Program-made: the position numbers and the translations under genes
Part shown: positions 50,601 to 62,600 of the stretch, in pieces
How the letters are laid out: each line of letters starts with the position of its first letter
Numbering within the stretch: the stretch's first letter is position 1
NCBI GenBank assembly: GCA_002269645.1
Contig: NIVC01001060.1
Coordinates: 17,702-81,701 of the forward strand
DNA length: 64,000 bases
Source of the DNA: Macrostomum lignano
Taxonomy: Eukaryota
Reading direction: 5' to 3'
The notes under the pieces: generated by a model
What the model saw: the letters and a program-made list of their open reading frames with translations, nothing else
The model's database searches: none
What the model was told of the DNA's origin: nothing

Positions 50601-53600
50601 TGTCTCAGTGTCTGTCCTGGTGTCTGTCCTAGTGTCTGTCCAAGTGTCTGTCCTAGTGTCTGTCCTGGTGTCTGTCCTACTGTCTGTCCTAGTGTCTGTC
50701 CTGGTGTCTGTCCAGTGTCTTTCCTAGAGTCTGTGCTAGTGTCTGTCCTCGTGTCTGTCCTAGTGTCTGTCCTAGTGTCTGTTCTAGTGTCTGTCCCAGT
50801 GTCTGTCCCTGTGTCTGTTCCAGTATCTTTCCTAGTGTCTGTGCTAGTGTCTGTCCTGGTGTCTGTCCTAGTGTCTGTCCTAGTGTCTGTCCTAGTGTCT
50901 GTCCGGTGTCGGTCCTAGTGTCTGTCCCAGTATCTTTCCTAGTGTCTGTGCTAGTGTCTGTCCTCGTGTCTGTCCTAGTGTCTGTCCTGGTGTCTGTCTC
51001 AGTGTCTGTCCTGGTGTCTGTCCTGGTGTCTGTCCTGGTGTCTGTCCTAGTGTCTGTCCTGGTGTCTGTCCTAGTGTCTGTCCTGGTGCCTGTCCTGGTG
51101 TCTGTCCTGGTGTCTGTCCTGGTGTCTGTCCTAGTGTCTGTCCTGGTGTCTCTCCTAGTGTCTGTCCTGGTGTCTGTCCTAGTGTCTGTCCTGGTGTCTG
51201 TCCTGGTGTCTGTCCTGGTGTCTGTCCTGGTGTCTGTCCTAGTGTCTGTCCTAGTGTCTGTCCTGGTGTCTGTCCTGGTGTCTGTCCTGGTGTCTGTCCT
51301 AGTGTCTGTCCTGGTGTCTGTCTTAGTGTCTGTCTCAGTGTCTGTCCTGGTGTCTGTCCTGGTGTCTGTCTTAGTTTCTGTCTTAGTGTCTGTCCTGGTG
51401 TCTGTCCTGGTGTCTGTCCTGGTGTCTGTCCTGGTGTCTGTCTTATTGTCTGTCTCAGTGTCTGTCCTGGTGTCTGTCCTAGTGTCTGTCTCAGTGTCTG
51501 TCTCAGTGTCTGTCTTAGTGTCTGTCCTGGTGTCTGTCCTAGTGTCTGTCTCAGTGTCTGTCTCAGTGTCTGTCCTGGTGTCTGTCCTAGTGTCTGTCTC
51601 AGTGTCTGTCTCAGTGTCTGTTTCGGTGTCTGTGCTAGTGTCTGTCCTGGTGTCTGACCTAGTGTCTGTCCTAGTGTCTGTCCTGGTGTCTGTCCTAGTG
51701 TCTGTTCTGGTGTCTGTACTAGTGTCTGTCCTAGTGTCTGTCCTAGTGTCTGTCCTAGTGTCTGTCCTGGTGTCTGTACTAGTGTCTGTCCTAGTGTCTG
51801 TCCTGGTGTCTGTCTTAGTGTCTGTCGTGGTGTCTGTCTTAGTGTCTGTCTCAGTGTCTGTCCTGGTGTCTGTCCTAGTGTCTGTCCTGGTGTCTGTCCT
51901 ACTGTCTGTCCTAGTGTCTGTCCTGGTGTCTGTCCCAGTGTCTTTCCTAGAGTCTGTGCTAGTGTCTGTCCTCGTGTCTGTCCTAGTGTCTGTCCTAGTG
52001 TCTGTTCTAGTGTCTGTCCCAGTGTCTGTCCCTGTGTCTGTTCCAGTATCTTTCCTAGTGTCTGTGCTAGTGTCTGTCCTGGTGTCTGTCCTAGTGTCTG
52101 TCCTAGTGTCTGTCCTAGTGTCTGTCCGGTGTCGGTCCTAGTGTCTGTCCCAGTATCTTTCCTAGTGTCTGTGCTAGTGTCTGTCCTCGTGTCTGTCCTA
52201 GTGTCTGTCCTGGTGTCTGTCTCAGTGTCTGTCCTGGTGTCTGTCCTGGTGTCTGTCCTGGTGTCTGTCCTAGTGTCTGTCCTGGTGTCTGTCCTAGTGT
52301 CTGTCCTGGTGCCTGTCCTGGTGTCTGTCCTGGTGTCTGTCCTGGTGTCTGTCCTAGTGTCTGTCCTGGTGTCTCTCCTAGTGTCTGTCCTGGTGTCTGT
52401 CCTAGTGTCTGTCCTGGTGTCTGTCCTGGTGTCTGTCCTGGTGTCTGTCCTGGTGTCTGTCCTAGTGTCTGTCCTAGTGTCTGTCCTGGTGTCTGTCCTG
52501 GTGTCTGTCCTGGTGTCTGTCCTAGTGTCTGTCCTGGTGTCTGTCTTAGTGTCTGTCTCAGTGTCTGTCCTGGTGTCTGTCCTGGTGTCTGTCTTAGTTT
52601 CTGTCTTAGTGTCTGTCCTGGTGTCTGTCCTGGTGTCTGTCCTGGTGTCTGTCTTAGTGTCTGTCTTAGTGTCTGTCCTAGTGTCTGTCCTGGTGTCTGT
52701 CCTGGTGTCTGTCTTATTGTCTGTCTCAGTGTCTGTCCTGGTGTCTGTCCTAGTGTCTGTCTCAGTGTCTGTCTCAGTGTCTGTCTTAGTGTCTGTCCTG
52801 GTGTCTGTCCTAGTGTCTGTCTCAGTGTCTGTCTCAGTGTCTGTCCTGGTGTCTGTCCTAGTGTCTGTCTCAGTGTCTGTCTCAGTGTCTGTTTCGGTGT
52901 CTGTGCTAGTGTCTGTCCTGGTGTCTGACCTAGTGTCTGTCCTAGTGTCTGTCCTGGTGTCTGTCCTAGTGTCTGTTCTGGTGTCTGTACTAGTGTCTGT
53001 CCTAGTGTCTGTCCTAGTGTCTGTCCTAGTGTCTGTCCTGGTGTCTGTACTAGTGTCTGTCCTAGTGTCTGTCCTGGTGTCTGTCTTAGTGTCTGTCGTG
53101 GTGTCTGTCTTAGTGTCTGTCTCAGTGTCTGTCCTGGTGTCTGTCCTAGTGTCTGTCTCAGTGTCTGTCTCAGTGTCTGTTTCGGTGTCTGTGCTAGTGT
53201 CTGTCCTAGTGTCTGTTCTAGTGTCTGTCCCAGTTTCTGTCCCTGTGTCTGTCCCAGTATCTTTCCTAGTGTCTGTGCTAGTGTCTGTCCTGGTGTCTGT
53301 CCTAGTGTCTGTCCTAGTGTCTGAGCTAGTGTCTGTCCCGGTGTCGGTCCTAGTGTCTGTCCCAGTATCTTTCCTAGTGTCTGTGCTAGTGTCTGTCCCA
53401 GTGTCTGTCCTAGTGTCTGTGCTAGTGTCTGTCCTTGTGTCTGTCCCAGTGTCTGTCCCGGTGTCTGTCCTAGTGTCTGTGCTAGTGTCTGTCCTAGTGT
53501 CTGTCTAGTGTCTATTTTAGTGTCTGTTCTAGTGTCTGTATCAGTGTCTGTCCTAGTGTCTGTCTTAGTGTCTGTCCTGGTGTCTGTACTAGTGTCTGTC

Positions 53601-56600
53601 CTAGTGTCTGTCCTAGTTTCTGTCCTAGTGTCTGTCTCAGTGTCTGTCCTGGTGTCTGTCCTAGTGTCTGTCCAAGTGTCTGTCCTAGTGTCTGTCCTGG
53701 TGTCTGTCCTACTGTCTGTCCTAGTGTCTGTCCTGGTGTCTGTCCCAGTGTCTTTCCTAGAGTCTGTGCTAGTGTCTGTCCTCGTGTCTGTCCTAGTGTC
53801 TGTCCTAGTGTCTGTTCTAGTGTCTGTCCCAGTGTCTGTCCCTGTGTCTGTTCCAGTATCTTTCCTACTGTCTGTGCTAGTGTCTGTCCTGGTGTCTGTC
53901 CTAGTGTCTGTCCTAGTGTCTGTGCTAGTGTCTGTCCCGGTGTCGGTCCTAGTGTCTGTCCCAGTATCTTTCCTAGTGTCTGTGCTAGTGTCTGTCCTCG
54001 TGTCTGTCCTAGTGTCTGTCCTGGTGTCTGTCTCAGTGTCTGTCCTGGTGTCTGTCCTGGTGTCTGTCCTGGTGTCTGTCCTAGTGTCTGTCCTGGTGTC
54101 TGTCCTAGTGTCTGTCCTGGTGCCTGTCCTGGTGTCTGTCCTGGTGTCTGTCCTGGTGTCTGTCCTAGTGTCTGTCCTGGTGTCTCTCCTAGTGTCTGTC
54201 CTGGTGTCTGTCCTAGTGTCTGTCCTGGTGTCTGTCCTGGTGTCTGTCCTGGTGTCTGTCCTGGTGTCTGTCCTAGTGTCTGTCCTAGTGTCTGTCCTGG
54301 TGTCTGTCCTGGTGTCTGTCCTGGTGTCTGTCCTGGTTTCTGTCCTAGTGTCTGTCCTGGTGTCTGTCTTAGTGTCTGTCGTGGTGTCTGTCTTAGTGTC
54401 TGTCTCAGTGTCTGTCCTGGTGTCTGTCCTAGTGTCTGTCTCAGTGTCTGTCTTAGTGTCTGTTTCGGTGTCTGTGCTAGTGTCTGTCCTCGTGTCTGTC
54501 CTAGTGTCTGTCTTAGTGTCTGTTCTAGTGTCTGTCCCAGTTTCTGTCCCTGTGTCTGTCCCAGTATCTTTCCTAGTGTATGTGCTAGTGTCTGTCCTGG
54601 TGTCTGTCCTAGTGTCTGTCCTAGTGTCTGTGCTAGTGTCTGTCCCGGTGTCGGTCCTAGTGTCTGTCCCAGTATCTTTCCTAGTGTCTGTGCTAGTGTC
54701 TGTCCCAGTGTCTGTCCTAGTGTCTGTGCTAGTGTCTGTCCTTGTGTCTGTCCCAGTGTCTGTCCCGGTGTCTGTCCTAGTGTCTGTGCTAGTGTCTGTC
54801 CTAGTGTCTGTCCTAGTGTCTATTTTAGTGTCTGTTCTAGTGTCTGTATCAGTGTCTGTCCTAGTGTCTGTCTTAGTGTCTGTCCTGGTGTCTGTCCCAG
54901 TGTCTGTTCTAGTTTCTGTCCTAGTGTCTGTCCTAGTGTCTGTCTCAGTGTCTGTCTCAGTGTCTGTTTCGGTGCCTGTCCTAGTGTCTGTCTCAGTGTC
55001 TGTCTCAGTGTCGGTCTCAGTGTCTCTCTTAGTGTCTCTCTTAGTGTCTGTCTCAGTGTCTGTCTCAGTGTCTGTCTCAGTGTCTGTCTCAGTGTCTGTC
55101 TCAGTGTCTCTCTTAGTGTCTCTCTTAGTGTCTGTCCTAGTGTCTCTCCTGGTGTCTGTCCTAGTGTCTGTCCTAGTGTCTGTCTCAGTATCTGTCTCAG
55201 TGTCTGTTTCGGTGTCTGTGCTAGTGTCTGTCTTAGTGTCTGTCTTAGTGTCTGTCTCAGTGTCTGTTCTAGTGTCTGTCCTAGTGTCTGTCTTAGTGTC
55301 TGTCTTAGTGTCTGTCTTAGTGTCTGTTCTAGTGTCTGTCCTAGTGTCTGTCCTAGTGTCTGTCTCAGTGTCTGTCTCAGTGTCTGTTCTAGTTTCTGTC
55401 CTTGTGTCTGTCTCAGTGTCTGTCTCAGTGTCTGTTCTAGTTTCTGTCCTAGTGTCTGTCTTAGTGTCTGTCCTGGTGTCTGTCCTAGTGTCTGTCCCAG
55501 TGTCTGTCCCAGTGTCTGTACCGGTGTCTGTCCCAGTGTCTGTCCCAGTATCTTTCCTAGTGTCTGTGCTAGTTTCTGTCCTTGTGTCTGTCCTAGTGTC
55601 TGTCCTAAACACCATGGGCAGCTGAAGTAGTAGGTATGTAATGTAATTGCATGCCAACTACATCTAGAAGATTTCATTACTTATAAAAATCGACTCCATT
55701 GACTCTACTCTAGACTCTACTAGCCTATATTATCCTAATTTTAATCTGGCTCGCAGATTATACTGTCATCCGATCCCGCAGATCATGAACCTTGTTAAAG
55801 TGGCCCTCACTCCCGAGCGAGTGCACATACTGAGCGTTGACAAGGAGATACCAGACGAGAACAACATTTACGACATACCAATCGACAGTACAGTCAAGTA
55901 CTTCACTGTGTCGGTCTCTGGTCGAGGCGTCAGAATCGAATCATTGCAAGACCCGTTTGGTAAGAAACAACTGATTGACTCTGACAAGATGAAGAAAGTA
56001 ATTGTTGAAAAGTTACCATCTCTTGTTTGCGCTGTTACAGGTCGCCAAGTCAATCCCGCCTACAACGCAAGCCTACCAAATGTGGAAGTAAAAAGTGTCA
56101 GCAACCCGATTCTGGGGCATTGGACTCTGAGAGTTACTCCGCCGAAAAGTAAGGAAAGTGTAAAATCATGGAGTTAAATTTGTAGCATTAGGAAGGGTGC
56201 AGCCAGTGAGGAGAAAAGCAGTCACTTTGTTCTTTTAGAGGCAGGGAAACTGTGTGCACCCTGGCGCACTTTAAGCGACATTGTCACACAACCGGCGAGA
56301 GGCATTGCTGCCCCCATTCCGCCAACTCCCCTGAGCAGGCACACAAGCGCGCGGATACGTTCGCAGTCATACGCACAGGCACACACTCACACAGGAGTGT
56401 ACAGTGACCCTAACTTTATTAATCGTTAGGCATGTACACTTCACTGTGCCTTGGGGATTGCGCGAGCAGAGCCAAGCGAGTCTGGCACAAAGACCATACA
56501 CCACCTGTTCCGTTGAAACTTGAGCACGCTCGATGGCACGAAACGCCTTCTAGGCCAATTCCCGTGCAGATCAGGGTGATTTATAAATTCCGTCTAGTCA

Positions 56601-59600
56601 GAGACAAAGGTAGAACTGTTCCAATAAGTAGTCTTATCAACTCCGCGCATCTCCGATCCCGTGGTTGCCACTTCAGCGGACAGCAATGGCAAAGCGAAGC
56701 ACTCGATTCGAGTGACCGGCCGAAGCAAGCTGGACTTCAGTCACGCTTTTTCTACGAGTCTGGGCAACGCGTACCCGGTGGAGATCGCGTCCAACTCCAC
56801 TCGACCGTACTTAGGTGAGAGAGAATGAATGAAGACCGACAAATTCAGAATACCGTTGCTTTCTCTAAACCAGGGGTCCTCAAACTCCGGCTCGAGGGCC
56901 ACAGCTTTCTTCTCTCATCTCTCCTCTCTTCTATTCTCTCATCTCTCCTCGCTACTAAAATGATATTTTGAAACTCAGAAAAGCATTAATTACAGTAGCT
57001 AAAAGTTCAAACAATAGCACAAATTCAAAATCGTCTTATCGATACCAGACACTGTGCAGCCAGAAAAAGATTTGTGATCATTAGATACACACGAATTAGG
57101 GAAACCACTGTATATCAAACAACGAAATTTATTAATTACAATTTTGAAACAATCCGTTAAAGAATCTTGTATTTCAATAGGTCGTCATTCGATAGTCAAT
57201 AAGACACACTATATGACAGTTAGTAGGGATGAAAATATATTGTAAGATTTTGACGCTTTTCCTAAAATAAATAGAGTAAGAAACACGACGAAAATGGTCA
57301 CGTGGTACTGTTGTTCGAAGTTACAAACTGCAGAAACATTTTCTAAACTTTGTCGGGTTTATTACGAGTAATTGCGCTCCAGGCGGAACTTGACCCAGTC
57401 GGCGCTCGTCTCGATCTCCTCCTCCACCTGAGCGTCGGTGAACAGCAGCAGGCGGCAGGCTCTCAGCTTGCTGTTGTACAGCACGTGTCTGCTCGTAGCC
57501 AATTTCATCGCCTCGAAAAAGCACTGAATCACGCTGTCAATTTCCGTCAGATCAGTGCAGCAGTACTCCGTACTCGGATTGTAGCTGGTGCGCTTGAACG
57601 GAGTTCGCTTCCAGACTGAGGAGGTGTTAGGATTAGAAAAAGGCGAAGTCGTCCCAACGTACTCGCACACGAACCCGCGCAGATCGGAGCACTGATAGTC
57701 GTGAAAGAGGTTTGCAAGAGATTTCGTCAAGCAGTCTTGATTGCCATTGTTATTGGGCATTCCCAAATGCCACAGAAGGTCGTTGAGAGGCAGCACTCCG
57801 TTGTCGTTAACCAGCGGCCAGCCGGACCTCAGTGCGCCTCTCTCGTCAGCCAGATCGGAGACTCCTAACCACAGCTTGCAGCTGCACATCTGGACGCTCA
57901 ACATGGTGGGCAGCAGCTGCAACGAGTCGTGCAAGTTGATGAGCTCGCCTCCGATCGATGCGCACTGCCGATTGGCCTCGCACCAGGTGAAGCTCTGGGC
58001 TGCATTCACGAACACGCACTTGCCAGCCTCGAGGTTGAACGGGTTCGGGCAATCAGGGAGCACTGGTTCCAGTCTACAAAAAGGAAGAGAGCCAGAAGTC
58101 CGATTTTGAGCAACTGGTTGAGGTACATGTCAAGTCAAGCTGCAATGAACCGTGGTAAACTCCTCAAATTTGTTCCGCATCGGCCCAGTAACTTCTTTTA
58201 TAGAAGCCGAGCCGTTGTTTAAAAAACTGGTGCAACCGAGAACGGATTGAAAAATGAAATTTTGTGGCTTTGAAATTTGTGGCTTTCCGGCTTCCTGCTT
58301 AAACGTCGTTGAAGCAAAAAGTGTCGTAGGCGTAGCAACTGAGACTAAAAATCGAAACCATAGCGAGTGAAAGTCAAAAAACTGCACTGTTTTGTTCTTC
58401 TATAGAAAATGATTCCTAAAAAATTGAATGCAAGTCATTATTCATTTTTTTGAGCTTGTTTTTGTTCCGGCAAAGCATCATCTGCAGGAAAGCATCGAAT
58501 TGTAAAACTTACTTCCGAAGTGTGCTATTCTAATAACTTCCTTGATGTATTCGTAAACACTTACGTTTCAACGCATGGATTGCTTAAAACTATTGGAACG
58601 GAGTTTGATTTTATCGAGGCCGGCAAGAAGTTTGTTTCAAATATTACACTTTTCAATTATTATTTCAAATATTAAAATTTTTGGATTGCTTTTCTTCGAA
58701 GGAATTGCTTTCCTCTGTCCAAAAATTAGTCTACAAATTTGTCTTAAAGGGTAACTCTTGCAAATCAACAGGAATGAAAAAGTGAACGATTTATCTTTTT
58801 AATTTAAAAGATAGGCCTGCCAAACTCTCCACCACCACCACCAATTCCTAGGAATCCCATCGCACCTGTACATCAATCAGACTCAATCGCTGGGCACGGT
58901 GCATTACGCTGCACTGACCACATTTGAAAAGTACAGCTTGATCACCGCTCGAGCCAGACAACTGTCCGAAAGCGGCAGCGTTTTCGTTACTGACCGTTTA
59001 GAGCCGCCTACGGGCTTCTTCTATGTTGTTGTAAGTGCTCAAGGAGGTACGGGTTAATGTTGAATTTCGAAAGATTCTAGCCAAGCCCCTCGATGTCACG
59101 ACGAGTGATGGCACTTTGCCTCCTGGCTCTTTCACAAGTTATTGAATCACCAAAGATACGAACCCGCTGCCCAACTGTTGTGTCAAGTGAGAGGGTTTGA
59201 CAGAGACGAACAAGAGACGGTGATTAATTTCTGTTTCGATTTCGTGGAGTCTATTCTTTAACAGAGTTATGCAGTATAAAGTCTTGACTTCTTCTCAACT
59301 TACTTTCAAGTTCCTTAGTTACAGAATTAAATGAGTCATCTAAGTCGACACAATCGAAGAATATCGAGACAATCAATGATGTTATTTAAGGGAAGATAAA
59401 GTTGAAGCTGCAAAACCGGCGGAAATATGACGACGAACCTTTAACTTGTAGCGCTGGTGGAAAAGAGGATGTGAACTAAAGATTCAAACTGGACCCCGAA
59501 ATATTCGGTACCGACTTTTGTACACCCATCTCTTCATTTGGAGCCAAATAGCTCCCGTTATGCCTAAAACCGACCACTTTAGAATTTGAGGATCTCTATG

Positions 59601-62600
59601 GGGAGGATCGAGAAATGGGATAAATGGCGATTTCATGTGATCCGAAACCTTCCTGTGCTATTTGAGTTTAATATAATTTCATTGTGTGTTTTTTCAGAAC
59701 CCTCTACTATACAGCCATTTATGAAACATAATACTAAAGTACTAAAGCTTGACGTTATTTACATGAGAATGATTCAGGACATGCACTTTTAGGATAGCAT
59801 AAACATTATTAAGAAATAACATAATGGGGGTCACAACATGACATTACTATCGCTCCTATTCTTCATACAAACATATAAAAAGAGCGTTTATCGTGGTCAT
59901 CACGTCAGTTAAACATCTGAAGCTCCAAGTGAAGGGATTGGCGTAGAGAGATCGGGACGTGCAATGCTTCAGGCTCCATTTTGACTCTTTAGTTCACATC
60001 CTCTTTAATAGCCCGCGGTTTACTTGTTTTCAGCTGCAGTAGAAATAGAGATGCGACGCCCCACAGTGCCAAGCACAGTCCTCGGTTGTCCTGCACAAAT
60101 TCAAATGGACACCTGGCCGCCTAAATTATCTTTTTCTCACACACACCTTGCCACTAACTAACAACACCAGGTGACCGGCAAGGATCTCGAAGGCAGGGAC
60201 TATCAGCGCTACTCGCCCACAGCTGTGAAAGCTCTGGTCGCGCCGGCTCCTCGCGTCGAATGTCGCAGCTTGGACGTCCGGGTTCGTCGAGGCGACTGGA
60301 CCAGCCTGCGCTGCGAGGTGTTCAGCACCAAGGACTACCTGACTACCTGGTATAAAGTGCTGGGCGAGAATCGAAAACAGGTGCTACAATCGATCAGTAG
60401 TCCAGCTGGGCAAAGACTCCAAACTCTGACTTTGAAAGAGGCCGACGCCACAGTGGCTGGAGTTTACGAGCTGATGGCAACCACTGTCGACGGCCAGATG
60501 CATTCAGACCGCGTTCAGGTCACTGTGCTGCGTGAGTTACATTTTGTGTTAATTAACTATAGTGAAATTCGCCGGTACCCAATGTTTGAGCACTAACACG
60601 CGCATATCTATAAGTACTTATAAGCTTTTAGCCAACGGACCACTGGCAAGTGACCCCATTCCAGCTGATCCGCCTACCGTTCTGGTTGCACCGAACAATG
60701 TCAGCGTGGCAGCAAATACTGTAGCAAAGTTGCGGTGCCTAGTGGTTGCAGAGGCCTCAGCTATGACGTCATTGGTTGTCGATTGGTCTCGGGCCGGCTC
60801 GAGATTCGATGTGGCTCGTCCGCTGGTGAACTCTAGCCGGATCGCGGTGATTGAGTCTAGACAAGTCAGCGCTGTTGATAAAACTTTGATAATAAGGTAA
60901 GTACGAGCTATGAATGGGATAGCTTAAAAATTTGAACGCCCCAGCTCACACTGTCTCACGGCACCGATAGAACATGTAATTACCTTTTGGTGATTCAGCT
61001 CTCCTAAGAGTTCAAATCACTTCTTAAAGCTCGAAAATTCAAATCGTCGAATTCAGTGAAGTATCGAGGTTGGGTAACGCCCTTAAGAGTTCTTCAAACA
61101 GTTAACAGTTAGTTATCAAGTTGCCGTGCAGGGACGTAGCCAGGGGCTGAGGATACGTCCTGAGGCTTTTACTAAAATAAAAATTTTGTATGCTTGTGGC
61201 GCCTTCACACGTTAATGAATCACCAATGACGCATTATGCCAATAGAGTTAAGAAAAGCGAAAACCTTCTATTTCACCAAGTTATTTTGGAGGTAGCGTCC
61301 TTCCACTTGTTTCGTTTATTACAGTAATGTGCTTCGAACACGTTATTATTGATAGATACGCCACTGAATCGGACTCGGGCGAGTACGTATGCCGAGCAGC
61401 TTACACTACTAGCGGATCGAGCTCAGGAATATCCGGCTTAAAGTCAACTTGGCTCATTGTCAGCAATATGCCGATCGTGTTGCGACTGTTGCCGGATGTT
61501 CGACGATTAAATTATCGACGAAACGACACTATCCGCATTGAATGCCAGGTGGAATCGGGACAGAGAGGTGTGCAGCTCAACTGGTGGCGCATGAGCACAG
61601 GCCAGCTGGTGTCCACCACTGGGATACTTCAAATTGCACGCGCCGAGCCTCAACACGCCGGAGTTTTCCAGTGCCGACCAGAGACGGCGTCAAGAAACGC
61701 GTCGTTTAAATCGGTCGAGCTGGTCTACGGTGAGCCACCGGCTGTACAAGCTGTACCAGCCAATCTGATGGCTTACTACGGCACGAATGCTTCGCTGTAC
61801 TGCGCGATAACTGCCGGAGTGCCGAAACCTCGGCTCGTCTGGCAGCGACTATCGACTCCGACAACTGCTAGTAATGTCACAGTTGTCGAGAGCGGCGGTT
61901 TGAGAATTCATTTCTTAGCTACGGAAACTACCGTTGGAGAGTGGGTCTGCTTGGCAAAAAATGAGGCCGGGACGGCAGAGGCAAAAGTGCAAGTCTCGAT
62001 TGTTCGTAAGTTGACTGCTGTTTTATTTACCTTTTTATTTAACTGTACCAGAACTTACAAGTTAAGCGGAGTGGTGGCGGTTAGTATGTCAAGCCTTAAG
62101 AGCTGAAAACTTGGGACTGTAACGGTAAAAGCTGCACTGAACCTTCAAATGCACCACGCATAATTTTACTAAAAATCCGTTCGCTTTCGACACTTTTAGC
62201 GTTCATCAAAATTGATGCGACTCCATCGCCAGTGCTGGTTAAACTGAGCAGACCCGTAGAGATCGAGTGCCGAATTCGAGGTCAACCGCGACCCACAATC
62301 GTTTGGACAAAGGATGGAGAGGCATTTATTGCTGATGCATCTATCGATCAAGATGGACAGAGATTAAGAATTTCAAGAGCCCAGGTGCGCCATTCTGGCA
62401 ATTACCGATGCACAGCCGAAAACTCTTTAGGCAGCATGTCTAAAGTCATTAATCTAGTAGTCGGTCAAGCGCCTAAGCCCGTTAAACCTCTTGTTGGTCC
62501 AAACAAATTAGTCCTATACGAAGGAGAAGCGCGCGAGCTGCATTGCAATGCCACCGGCATTCCTAATCCGATCATTCAGTGGCGCCACAACGGCAGTGTC

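Noticed and set aside
49346-55677. (VSVL)n, (RTDT)n 1180-aa and (QTLG)n ORFs
   Set aside because: 12-bp intronic minisatellite with multiple frameshifts
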